Positions 8,878 through 19,941 of a stretch of DNA of 64,000 nt are shown piece after piece. Location of the stretch: the NCBI GenBank assembly GCA_963706875.1, contig CAVPNW010000019.1, positions 73,714-137,713 of the forward strand, read 5' to 3'. A model generated the notes under the pieces. It was not told the origin of the DNA. It searched no databases and saw only the letters and a list, made by a program, of their open reading frames with translations. Each line of letters opens with the position of its first letter. Position 1 is the stretch's first letter. The DNA is from an uncultured Actinomycetes bacterium. Its GTDB lineage: Bacteria > Actinomycetota > Actinomycetes > S36-B12 > CAIYMF01. Both the position numbers and the translations under genes were made by a program.

Positions 8878-9041
8878 GGGCGCGACACCGCTCACGGTGA
8901 AGGCGCCGATGACGATCCTGGTCCCGACGGGCGGTGGCATGGGTTGCACCGCAGAGCCACGGACCTCGAGCAGCGTGCGGAGAGGAATCGGGCACCCGAC
9001 CCCGGCCGACAACCAACTACGTGCCGCCGGATAATCGAGGA

Positions 9042-10094
9042 GTGGAACTCGCTGGGCTCTCCCGCGGAGAGGTCGCCGGGCTGACATGGTCCTGGGATGC
9101 GCGTTCCCCGCTGATCGGCCCGCCGTTCCCGTCCCCGGTCCTCGCCGACCCCACGTTCCTCCCGCCCGATTCCACCCCCGACAGCCGGTGGCACCTGTGG
9201 GCCCACTCGCTGCTCGGGATCCACCACCACACGTCCGAGGACGGCATCGCCTGGAAGCGCCACGAGACCGTGGCGCGCAACGCCCTGCGGGCCCAGATCG
9301 TGGACCTCGGCCCAGGGGGGACCCCGCGCTACCGGCTGCTGTACGAGCGGACCCGCGCGTTCATCCCGTTCGGCGTCCCCTGGCGGTCGTGGATCGAATC
9401 GCGGTCCTCCGACGACCTGCGGCGGTGGTCCGATCCGGTCGTGCTGCTGCGCCCGACGCTGCCCTGGCACCGGGATGCGAAGCAGGGCGAGGCCGTCTCC
9501 AACCCATGCCTGGTGCCACTGCCCGACTCCCGCTGGCGGCTCTACTTCAGTGCGGGCCTCGTGCATGTCCCGGATTGCGGCTTCAACGAGCCTGAGTACG
9601 TCGGCGTCGCCGACGGCCCCGGGCCGGAGGGTCCGTTCGAGGTCCTTCCAGAGCCACTCCTGAGCCCGGACGCGGGCGATCGGTGGGCCAACCTCGGGGC
9701 CGGCGCCGTGGAGGTGCTGGCGGTCCGCGACGGGTGGGTCGCGTTCCAGAACGCGATCGGGTGGGACGCCACGACGCGCGCCTCGAGCTCGGCCGTTCGG
9801 GTGCTCATCAGCGCAGACGGCCTGGACTGGGATGTCGCCGGTGAGCCGATCCTGGCACCGATGGGTTCGGGGTGGGCCGCGACCCACGTGTACGCCGTTG
9901 ACGTGCACGACACCCCCGCCGGGATCCGGCTGTACGCGAACGGCCGCAACGCCGCGCACTGGACGCGCGGCCGCGAGCATGTCGGGCTCGCCACCCCGGA
10001 TCAGAGCGCGCGCGAGGCCTGGCGAGCCTCGGGCGCCACGGCGGTGCAGGATCTGCCGCGTTACGCCGGCCCGGCTGGACTCACTCGCCCTTGA
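9042..10094 (+). CDS. Uncharacterised protein, possibly a beta-propeller glycoside-hydrolase-fold (GH43/GH130-like) protein
   Basis: The frame has native-looking composition with Trp/Asp-rich strand motifs (DSRWHLWAHS, DGIAWKRHE, DSRWRLYFSAG, DGLDWDV). The start is uncertain; candidates are GTG 9042 and ATG 8934. The family assignment is weak. Confidence 0.5.
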   Translation: MELAGLSRGEVAGLTWSWDARSPLIGPPFPSPVLADPTFLPPDSTPDSRWHLWAHSLLGIHHHTSEDGIAWKRHETVARNALRAQIVDLGPGGTPRYRLLYERTRAFIPFGVPWRSWIESRSSDDLRRWSDPVVLLRPTLPWHRDAKQGEAVSNPCLVPLPDSRWRLYFSAGLVHVPDCGFNEPEYVGVADGPGPEGPFEVLPEPLLSPDAGDRWANLGAGAVEVLAVRDGWVAFQNAIGWDATTRASSSAVRVLISADGLDWDVAGEPILAPMGSGWAATHVYAVDVHDTPAGIRLYANGRNAAHWTRGREHVGLATPDQSAREAWRASGATAVQDLPRYAGPAGLTRP

Positions 10095-10312
10095 GGTGCC
10101 CCAACTGCCGGGAATGGCCCGCCCGAAGCAGGCTCTTTCGCGGCACTCGGGGCACGGGTTGGCACTGACCGGTCTCGAGGCGAGTCAGACGCGGCAATCG
10201 GAGCACCAACACCACCCACGCACACCGGCTGGACCGCGCACCCGGCGGGGCGTTCGGCGAGGCCGCTGGGCGCGTCTGCGCAGGGCGCGGACTCGTATGC
10301 TGGCCGCGACCC

Positions 10313-11911
10313 ATGGAGGGAGTGCCCGTGCAGCGCCAGCGCCACGTCCTGGCCATCGACCTGGGCACGAGCGGGCCGAAGGCCGCAGTTGTCGACGTCA
10401 CGGGTCGGACCCCGGGAACGGCCCGGGCGGCTGTGGACACGCTCACCCAGCCCGGGGGCATCGCCGAGCAGGACGCCCGGCAGGTCTGGGACGCCGTGAA
10501 GTCCGCTGCAGTCCAGGCACTGGCCGCCTCCGGCAAGAGCCGCGACGACATCGTGGCGGTCATCTGCACGAGCCAGTACTCCTCGATCGTCCCGGTGGAC
10601 CGCAACGGCGAACCGACGAGCAACATGGTCCTCTGGCAGGACCACCGCGGAACCAAGAAGGACCTCCAGGGCGTGGCTGGGTTCCCGAAGCGCGCCGACA
10701 ACCCCGTGGACCTGCTGCGCTGGCTGCGGGTGCACGGGATTCCGCCGATCGTCGACAGCCTGTCGCTGGCCCACATGCGGCACCTGAAGTTCTCGCGCCC
10801 GGAGGTGTACGCGCGCACGGCATGGCTCCTGGAGCCGATGGACTACGTGACGATGCGCCTCACCGGCCGCGCGACCGCCAACCAGGCGTCGGCGTTCATG
10901 TACCTGATGACCGACAACCGACGCCTGGACATCACCGACTACGAACCGCGCCTCGTCGCGGCCTCGCTGATCGACCGGGAGAAGCTGCCGGAGCTGGTCC
11001 CCATGGATTCGATCGTCGGGACCCTGCGGCCCGAGGTCGCCGACGAGCTCGGGCTCCTGCCGAGCACCCAGGTCGTCGCCGGGCTGAACGACACCCAGGC
11101 CGGCGGCGTGGGCGCGGGTGCCTTCACCGGCTCGCACGCCGCGGTGTCCGTGGGGTCGACCAGCGTGATGATCACGCACGTGGACTTCAAGCGCACACAC
11201 GTGTTCAACGGCATCGTGAGCATGCCCAGCCCCGTGCCCGACACCTACTTCGTCATGGCCGAGAACGGCATGGCCGGCGCCGCGCTGGAGCGCTTCCTGA
11301 CCAACATCGTCTACGGCAGCGACCACTTCAGCGATGCGGTGGTCCATGACCGCTACGAGGCCCTGCAACGCGTCGCCGGGGAAATCCCTGCCGGCAGCGA
11401 CGGGCTGATGTTCCTGCCATGGCTGTCGGGGTCGATGGCGCCCTCCGAGGACGGCCAGATGCGGGGCGGCTTCCTGAACATCAGCACGAGCACGACCCGT
11501 GGGGACATGGCGCGCGCAGTGCTCGAGGGCGTGTCGCAGAACCTGCGCTGGGTGCGAGGCCCGGTGCAGAAGTTCGCCAAGCGCACGTTCAGCCACTACA
11601 CGATCTACGGCGGTGGGGCCCGCTCGGACCTGTGGTGCCAGATCATGGCCGACGTGCTGGGCACCCCGGTGCACCAACTGGACAACTGCGACTACACGGT
11701 GTCGGTCGGCGCCGGGCTGCTGGCCTTCGAGCGACTCGGCGACCTGGATTTCGATGCCATCAGCGGCCTCGTGCGGACCCGCCGCGAGTTCGACCCAGAT
11801 CCGCGCAACACCGCGACCTACGACCTGCTCCACGAGCAGTTCGTGAAGGCGTTCAAGGCGACCCAGCCGATCTACCGCAAGCTCAACGCCAACCAGGGGG
11901 CAGGTGCCTGA
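10313..11911 (+). CDS. FGGY-family carbohydrate kinase (xylulokinase-like)
   Basis: VLAIDLGTSGPKAAVV near the N-terminus and the C-terminal FGGY signature IYGGGARSDLWCQIMADVLG. The start may instead be the GTG at 10322 or 10328, just after GGAGGGA. The stop overlaps the next start (TGATG). Confidence 0.85.
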   Translation: MEGVPVQRQRHVLAIDLGTSGPKAAVVDVTGRTPGTARAAVDTLTQPGGIAEQDARQVWDAVKSAAVQALAASGKSRDDIVAVICTSQYSSIVPVDRNGEPTSNMVLWQDHRGTKKDLQGVAGFPKRADNPVDLLRWLRVHGIPPIVDSLSLAHMRHLKFSRPEVYARTAWLLEPMDYVTMRLTGRATANQASAFMYLMTDNRRLDITDYEPRLVAASLIDREKLPELVPMDSIVGTLRPEVADELGLLPSTQVVAGLNDTQAGGVGAGAFTGSHAAVSVGSTSVMITHVDFKRTHVFNGIVSMPSPVPDTYFVMAENGMAGAALERFLTNIVYGSDHFSDAVVHDRYEALQRVAGEIPAGSDGLMFLPWLSGSMAPSEDGQMRGGFLNISTSTTRGDMARAVLEGVSQNLRWVRGPVQKFAKRTFSHYTIYGGGARSDLWCQIMADVLGTPVHQLDNCDYTVSVGAGLLAFERLGDLDFDAISGLVRTRREFDPDPRNTATYDLLHEQFVKAFKATQPIYRKLNANQGAGA

Positions 11912-12705
11912 TGGAACACGACGAAATCGCCGAGGTGCTCGACGTGGGGGTCGCCGCCGTGCGCGCCGCCGGATCGATCGCCCTGGACTACTTCCGCACG
12001 GACATGACCGTGGACAACAAGCTCGCCGGCGTCGCCTACGACCCGGTGACCGAGGCCGACAAGCGGGTCGAGGCACACGTCCGGGCCGTCATCAACGAGC
12101 GCTTCCCCGACCACCAGGTCATCGGGGAGGAGGGCGGCACCACGGGCTCGGGGCCGATCAGCTGGATCATCGACCCGATCGACGGAACGCGGGCCTTCAT
12201 CAGCGGGATGCCCACCTGGGGCACGCTGCTCGGGCTGGTCGTGGACGGCCAGCCGGTCGCCGGGGTGATGCACCAGCCCTTCACCGACGAGACGTTCGCC
12301 GCCGACCCGGCCCGTGGCTCCCGATTCCTGCGAGCCGGCGCCGAACGCCGCCTGCGAACCCGCACAGGCGCCACCCTCGAGGACGCCATCCTCTACAGCA
12401 CCCATCCCACGATGCTGGAGTGGGCCGGGGTCCTCGACCAGTTCCGTGACCTCAGCGGCAAGGTCCGCCTGCAGCGATGGGGCGGGGACTGCTACGCCTT
12501 CGCGCTGGTCGCGATGGGCACGATCGACCTGGTCATCGACGGGTGCCTGATGCCCTACGACATCGTGCCGCTGATCCCGCTCATCGAGCTGGCCGGAGGT
12601 GTCGTCACCGACATCGAGGGCCGGGTGCCGATGAACGGCGGCACGGTGATCGCCGCCGCCAACCCCGAGCTGCACGCCCAGGCCCTCGCGGCCCTGCGCG
12701 GCTGA
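11911..12705 (+). CDS. Inositol-monophosphatase-family phosphatase (IMPase/HisN-like)
   Basis: Starts at the ATG at 11911 (MEHDEIAEVL), in the frame of ORF 11419..12705. Motifs QVIGEEGG, WIIDPIDGTRAFISG and WGGDCYAFALVAMG. Confidence 0.85.
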   Translation: MEHDEIAEVLDVGVAAVRAAGSIALDYFRTDMTVDNKLAGVAYDPVTEADKRVEAHVRAVINERFPDHQVIGEEGGTTGSGPISWIIDPIDGTRAFISGMPTWGTLLGLVVDGQPVAGVMHQPFTDETFAADPARGSRFLRAGAERRLRTRTGATLEDAILYSTHPTMLEWAGVLDQFRDLSGKVRLQRWGGDCYAFALVAMGTIDLVIDGCLMPYDIVPLIPLIELAGGVVTDIEGRVPMNGGTVIAAANPELHAQALAALRG

Positions 12706-12733
12706 CACGCCACCTCGGACGTCCAGGAGAGGA

Positions 12734-14173
12734 ATGACGATGGACCTCGAAGCGATCCACCGGGCCATGTACCCCTACGCCGAGCGCTACGGGGTGATCC
12801 GCGAATTCCCAGAGGAGGGGATGGACCACGCGGCCATCCTCGCCCAGCTGCGGGAGATATCGGCCGAGGAGGACTCCAAGTGGGAGGGCGGCAAGGTCTC
12901 GGGCAGCATCTACCACGGCGAGCACGAGCACTACGACTTCCTCAATGAGTGCTTCGGGTACTTCAACCACACGAACGCACTGCAGCGCGACATGTGCCCG
13001 TCCATGAGCAGGTTCGAGTCCGAGATCATCGCCATGACCCTGGACATGCTCCACGCCGATGCCGTGGCCCAGCAGGCACCGGGCCAGACGCCCTGCGGCG
13101 TACTCGGGTTCGGCGGCACCGAGAGCATCATGAACGCGGTGCTCGCCTACCGGAACATCGCACAGGAGCGGGGGGTTGTGCGCCCGCAGATGATCTGGCC
13201 GGAGACCGCCCACCCGGCGTTCACCAAGGGCGCGCACCTCTTCGGCCTCGACGTCGTCGTCGCACCGGTCGACCCGGTCACGACGATGGTCGACGTCGAC
13301 TTCGTCGCCGACCACATCGGCCCCGAGACCGCAATGCTCATCGGGACCGCCGGGAACTACGCCTACGGCACGATCGACTCCATCCCCGAGCTGTCCGACC
13401 TCGCCGTCGAGCACGGCACCTACCTGCACGTCGACGCCTGCCTGGGCGGCTTCATCCTGCCGTGGGGCCAGGAGCTGGGGTACCCGAACATCCCGCTCTT
13501 CGACTTCCGGCTCCCCGGGGTGAGCTCGATCTCGGCCGACACCCACAAGTACGGATACGGGCTCAAGGGAACCTCGGTCCTGGCATGGCGGGACTCGTGG
13601 ATGCGCCAGCACCACTACTTCCTCCAGCCCGGCTGGAAGGGCGGCGCCTACGCCTCCCCCGGCCTGGCCGGAAGCCGCTCCGGTGGCCTGATCGCAGCGA
13701 CCTGGGCGGCAATGGTCAGCTACGGCAAGCAGGGCTACCGCGACCGCGCCAGGCGCATCTTCGACACGTCCTTCGAGATGCAGGACGTCGTTCGCAGCCA
13801 CTCGGAGCTGCGGATCATGGGCGATCCCACCTTCTGCTTCTCCTTCACCTCCGACGACTTCAACATCTACCACGTCAACGACGCCATGGTCGCCCGCGGC
13901 TGGAGGTTCAACGGCCAGCAGCTGCCGGACGCCCTGCACATGGCCGTGACCGGGCCGCAGCTGCAGCCCGGCGTCGTCGACGCGTTCGCAACGGACCTGG
14001 CCGCGGCCATCGAGTACGCGCGGAACCCGGACGGCCCGACGCCGCGCAGTGCGGCCGTCTACGGCGCCAGCGGTTCCACCGACGGCGCCGACCCGCAGGC
14101 CGCGAGCTTCCTGCTCACGCTGCTGCTCAACGCCTTCACCGACGGGGCACCGGAGCCCCGCCCGAGCGCCTGA
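12734..14173 (+). CDS. PLP-dependent group II decarboxylase-fold enzyme, sphingosine-1-phosphate-lyase-like
   Basis: GGTESIMNAV, HVDACLGGFILPW, and the PLP-lysine context SADTHKYGYGLKGTSVL. 479 aa. The stop overlaps the next ATG (TGATG). Confidence 0.85.
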   Translation: MTMDLEAIHRAMYPYAERYGVIREFPEEGMDHAAILAQLREISAEEDSKWEGGKVSGSIYHGEHEHYDFLNECFGYFNHTNALQRDMCPSMSRFESEIIAMTLDMLHADAVAQQAPGQTPCGVLGFGGTESIMNAVLAYRNIAQERGVVRPQMIWPETAHPAFTKGAHLFGLDVVVAPVDPVTTMVDVDFVADHIGPETAMLIGTAGNYAYGTIDSIPELSDLAVEHGTYLHVDACLGGFILPWGQELGYPNIPLFDFRLPGVSSISADTHKYGYGLKGTSVLAWRDSWMRQHHYFLQPGWKGGAYASPGLAGSRSGGLIAATWAAMVSYGKQGYRDRARRIFDTSFEMQDVVRSHSELRIMGDPTFCFSFTSDDFNIYHVNDAMVARGWRFNGQQLPDALHMAVTGPQLQPGVVDAFATDLAAAIEYARNPDGPTPRSAAVYGASGSTDGADPQAASFLLTLLLNAFTDGAPEPRPSA

Positions 14174-14750
14174 TGAGCCTCCGAGAGGATGCCCGCGTGA
14201 GCCGACCTGACCCCCAGGGGACCACGTCCGACGAGTTCGACGGCGAGGCGTGCGTGATCGGTGCGGGCGCAGCGGGCCTGACCGCCGGGAAGGCACTGGC
14301 CGACCGGGGCATCGCCTTCGACTGGTTCGAGAAGGGGTCCATGGTCGGCGGGCTGTGGCGCATCGACAACGACAACGGGGCGGTGGCGGCGTACAAGACG
14401 CTGCACCTGAACAGCTCGCGGCCCCTGAGCCAGTTCCCGTCCTACCCGATGCCCGAGGACTGGCCGGACTACCCGCCCCACGAGCAGATCGCGGCCTACT
14501 TCCAGGGCTACGCCGAGGACAACCACCTCCTGGAGCGGATCACCTTCCGCACGGAGGTGACCCGCGTGGAGCCGTTGCCCGGTGACGGGGATCCCGGCAG
14601 CCACGGCTGGGCCGTCACGGTCGCCGGCGGCCAGCGGCGCACCTACCGGTCGGTGCGGGCCAACGCCACCACTTCGATCCGAGGGTCCCCGAGTTCCCCG
14701 GGGAGTTCGCCGGGCGAGACGTTCCACTCCCACGACTACCGGGACCCGGT
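14173..14750 (+). pseudogene. Flavin-containing monooxygenase (FMO/BVMO-like) 5' fragment, frameshifted and 3'-truncated
   Basis: FAD fold ACVIGAGAAGLTAGKALADRGIAFDWFEKGSMVGGLW. Near 14650-14715 the expected HHFDPRVPEFPGEFAG is in another frame, and GETFHSHDYRDP returns to the first frame. That gives at least two frame breaks. The family sequence stops right after HSHDYRDP. Confidence 0.65.
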
Positions 14751-15016
14751 TACTGGTCCCTGGTCTGGAACCGGGAGATCACCGTCCAGGGGACGATCAA
14801 CCTCGGCCCGGAGCGGACGCTCGGGGGCGCCACACCATGGCCCAGGTCGTCGAGTGGCTCGCCGACCCCAGCTACCGGGTGGACGGCATCGTGACGCACA
14901 CGTTCGACCTCGAGGACTGGAAGGAAGGGCTCGAGACCGCCTCCGCCGGGCCGGGTGCGGGCTGCATCAAGGCCACACTGCGCCCCAACCCCGGGATCCC
15001 GCTCGTCGGAGCGTGA
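14751..15016 (+). pseudogene. Zn-dependent alcohol dehydrogenase (MDR) 3' remnant
   Basis: Frame 1 reads LVWNREITVQGTINLG. A shifted frame reads AQVVEWLADPSYRVDGIVTHTFDLEDWKEGLETASAGPGAGCIKATLRPNP then a stop, a typical MDR C-terminus. No N-terminal catalytic or NAD domain is present upstream. Confidence 0.55.
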
Positions 15017-15218
15017 AGCGAGGCGCAGTCCACACCAGGGCCGGCGGCACTGGGGTCCCGGTGCAGCGCTGTCAGCCGGATCTGCCCACCCCTGCCGGAA
15101 CGCCGGAGGGCGGGTGGGAGGCTGGGGCCGTGGTTCTGCCTGATGTGGATGTTGCCCAGGTCCGGCGGTGTGCCGATCCGGTCCCCACCCGGGCACGGTC
15201 GAATGGGAGGGGACGGGC

Positions 15219-17114
<1,896 letters not shown>

Positions 17115-17175
17115 CACCGGCCGGGCCGGGCGGCGCCAAGGTGGCGTGAACAACGGCCCGCTCGTCGCTACGAGC

Positions 17176-18126
17176 TCACGCCCGACTGGGCAATCCGTAC
17201 CGGTCGTCGTCGACGAGTTCGACGAGCCCGTCGGCCACCAGGCCGTCGAGGGCGCGCTCCCGCTGGATCCCCTCCTCCCACACCGACTCGACCGCCGAGC
17301 GGCTGACCGAACCCGGGGACTCACGGAGCAGGGCCATGATCCGACCCCTGACCTGCCGGTCGGTCCCCGCGAAACGCTGGACCCTGCGTACCGGCCCTTC
17401 GTAGGCCGGCCGCCCGGCGCGCACCCAGGCGCACATCCCGACAACCGGGCAGACCTGGCAGCGCGGGGACGTGGCCGTGCACACCAGTGCCCCGAGCTCC
17501 ATGACGGCGGCGGACCAGTGCGCGGCCGCGGCCTCGTCGGCCGGAACCAGTCCGTCAGCACGGACCCGCTCGCCGACCGTCAGGCTGGGCTGTGGGTGCT
17601 CCTGGCCGTCGGCCAGCCGTGCCAGCACCCGACGCACGTTCGTGTCCAGCACGACCGAGCGCCGCCCGAACGCGAAAGCACGCACGGCGGCCGCCGTGTA
17701 CTCCCCGACCCCGGGAAGCGCCCGGAGGTCCGCATCCGGCTCGGGGACCACGCCGCCGTGGCGCGCGACGATGGCCGACGCCGCCGCGTGCAGGTTGAGT
17801 GCGCGCCGCGGGTAGCCCAGACGATCCCACTGCCGGACGGCCTCACCCGGGGAGTCCGCCGCGAGGTCTGCCGGCTGCGGCCAGCGCGCCATCCACTCGG
17901 TCCAGGCGGGCACGACGCGCGCGACCGGCGTCTGCTGCAGCATCACCTCGCTGACCAGGACCCCCCACGGAGTGCGGCCCGCGGCACGCCACGGCAGCTC
18001 GCGGCGGTTCTCGTCGAACCAGTCGGTGACCACCGCCCCCAGCGCGGGGCCGCTCGTGGCGCGCAGGGCATCGGCCGTCCCCCCGCCCTGAGGGAACTGC
18101 GCGCTCGGGCTCGACATGGACTCCAT
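17176..18126 (-). CDS. mutY: A/G-specific adenine DNA glycosylase
   Basis: ELPWRAAGRTPWGVLVSEVMLQQTPVARV (HhH-GPD) and the 4Fe-4S cluster spacing CTATSPRCQVCPVVGMC (C-x6-C-x2-C-x5-C). I prefer the ATG at 18126 (MESMSSP). Confidence 0.85.
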   Translation of the reverse strand: MESMSSPSAQFPQGGGTADALRATSGPALGAVVTDWFDENRRELPWRAAGRTPWGVLVSEVMLQQTPVARVVPAWTEWMARWPQPADLAADSPGEAVRQWDRLGYPRRALNLHAAASAIVARHGGVVPEPDADLRALPGVGEYTAAAVRAFAFGRRSVVLDTNVRRVLARLADGQEHPQPSLTVGERVRADGLVPADEAAAAHWSAAVMELGALVCTATSPRCQVCPVVGMCAWVRAGRPAYEGPVRRVQRFAGTDRQVRGRIMALLRESPGSVSRSAVESVWEEGIQRERALDGLVADGLVELVDDDRYGLPSRA

Positions 18127-18208
18127 TGTCGATCCAGACCCTCGGCGCTGCACGAAGTGGCCGAAGCACGCGATACTCGGGGCAACGACCGCGCCAGGAG
18201 GAACCGTC

Positions 18209-18802
18209 ATGATGGACCGCATCAACGAGATGCTCAAGAATGAGCCGGGCCTGGGCATCGCGCGACGGTCGTCGATCCTGGTGGCGGCCAGCGGCCCCTA
18301 CCAGTCGGGAATCCAGCGGAAGCTGGGGAAGATCCCGTTCGCCAACCTGGCTCTCTCGGGAGCCGTCTCATCGTTCTACATCGCGATGACCGCAGTCCCG
18401 CAACTGGCCATCGAGCAGGCGGCGGACCAGTCCATGGGTGGGAAGCCGGTGACACCGGGGCAGGTCGCCGCCAGGCGCAGGATGCTGCTCGCCGGCAACG
18501 CCGCGACCATGGCAGCCGCAGTCGTCGCGCAGCGGGCCATCACCCACAGCCAGAGGTCCGGGCCGCTGCTGGAGACGGGTCGGGTCATCACCAGCCAGGT
18601 CGCCATCGGGGCTGCCGCAGGTGCCATCGTGACGGGCTCGGACATCGTCCTCGGGCCGATCGCGCGCCGCAAGGACAAGCATTCGCCGGCGACGATCGCT
18701 GTCGCGGCCGGGATCATGGCCGTGAACAGCCGGCTGCTCAAGAAGTCGGCGAGGGTCCTGACTCTCCCGACGAAGCCCACGGCGTACTCCTACGTGGGGT
18801 GA
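18209..18802 (+). CDS. Hypothetical protein with hydrophobic segments
   Basis: ATG at 18209 preceded by AGGAGG (18196-18201). The composition is native-looking, and I recognise no family. Confidence 0.5.
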   Translation: MMDRINEMLKNEPGLGIARRSSILVAASGPYQSGIQRKLGKIPFANLALSGAVSSFYIAMTAVPQLAIEQAADQSMGGKPVTPGQVAARRRMLLAGNAATMAAAVVAQRAITHSQRSGPLLETGRVITSQVAIGAAAGAIVTGSDIVLGPIARRKDKHSPATIAVAAGIMAVNSRLLKKSARVLTLPTKPTAYSYVG

Positions 18803-18891
18803 CCACAGAGATCCAGTGGCCCGGTCGGGGTGGCGGAATACCCAGGCCCTCCATATAGTTGAATCTTCTACAGACTCTCCAGGAGGACCGC

Positions 18892-19860
18892 ATGCCCGCC
18901 GTGACCGCCGACACCATGACCCTGCCACGGGTCGACACTCCTGATCCCAACGGGCGCTCCCGCACAGTCAGGACCGTCACTACCGCGCCCCGGGGCTTCG
19001 AAGGTGAGGGCTTCCCGGTGCGCCGGGCCTTCGCCGGCGTGGACAAGGCCGACCTGGACCCGTTCGTGCACATGGACCAGATGGGCGAGGTCGAGTACGG
19101 CGTCGGCGAGCCACGCGGCACCGACTGGCACCCCCACCGCGGATTCGAGACCTTCACCTACCTGATGGACGGGACGTTCATCCACCAGGACTCCCACGGC
19201 GGCGGTGGCGTGATCGCCAACGGCGGCACCCAGTACATGACTGCCGGGGCGGGCATCCTGCACATCGAGACCCCGCCGGAGTCGCTGGTGATGTCCGGTG
19301 GGCTCTTCCACGGGGTCCAGCTGTGGATCAACCTGCCCGCGGCCAAGAAGTGGCTGGCGCCGGCCTACCAGGGCCTCGAGGGCACGGACATCGCGCTCGC
19401 ATCCAGCCCCGATGGTGGCGCGCTCGTGCGCGTGCTGGCCGGGACAGTCGCCGGGCACACCGGTCCGGGGCGCAGCCAGTCGCCGATCTCCATCGTGCAC
19501 GCAACCCTCGCCCCCGGAGCACGGCTGGAGCTGCCGTGGCGTGCCGACTTCAACGCCCTGGTCTACGCCCTGTCCGGGCGTGGCAGCGTGGGGGCCTACG
19601 GGCAGCCGATCAACAGCGGCCAGCTCGCAGTGCTCGGATCGGGGGACCACATCACGCTCGAGGCGGCGCCCAGCCAGTCCGTGGCCACTCCGGCCCTCGA
19701 TGTCCTGCTCCTGGGCGGCGTTCCCCTCAGGGAGCCGGTCTTCGCCTACGGCCCCTTCGTCATGAACACCAGGGCCGAGGTCGTGCAGGCCATCGAGGAC
19801 TACCAGCGCGGACGGCTCGGCGTGATCCCCGAGGGCGCGATCATGCCGCACCACGGCTGA
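18892..19860 (+). CDS. Pirin-family protein
   Basis: RGFEGEGFPVRRAF and WHPHRGFETFTYLMDG (cupin metal-binding His). ATG at 18892 after CAGGAGGA. Confidence 0.9.
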   Translation: MPAVTADTMTLPRVDTPDPNGRSRTVRTVTTAPRGFEGEGFPVRRAFAGVDKADLDPFVHMDQMGEVEYGVGEPRGTDWHPHRGFETFTYLMDGTFIHQDSHGGGGVIANGGTQYMTAGAGILHIETPPESLVMSGGLFHGVQLWINLPAAKKWLAPAYQGLEGTDIALASSPDGGALVRVLAGTVAGHTGPGRSQSPISIVHATLAPGARLELPWRADFNALVYALSGRGSVGAYGQPINSGQLAVLGSGDHITLEAAPSQSVATPALDVLLLGGVPLREPVFAYGPFVMNTRAEVVQAIEDYQRGRLGVIPEGAIMPHHG

Positions 19861-19941
19861 GCCAGGACACCATCCGGGAACATCCGCGGCTGGCGCGAGG
19901 TTGCAGCCCATGAAGTGCAGCTCGCGAACTGGGAGGACCAC

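Noticed and set aside
8934-9041. Longer start (ATG 8934) for the beta-propeller-like ORF
   Set aside because: The first 36 codons (MAWVAPQSHGPRAACGEESGTRPRPTT...) look non-native. However, the GTG at 9042 has no well-spaced RBS either, so the start is unresolved and confidence was lowered.
18803-18891. AT-rich stretch CCATATAGTTGAATCTTCTACAGACTC upstream of the pirin gene, considered as a promoter
   Set aside because: It is a plausible -10 (TATAGT), but I could not identify a convincing -35 or support a TSS from sequence alone. It is not reported as a feature.
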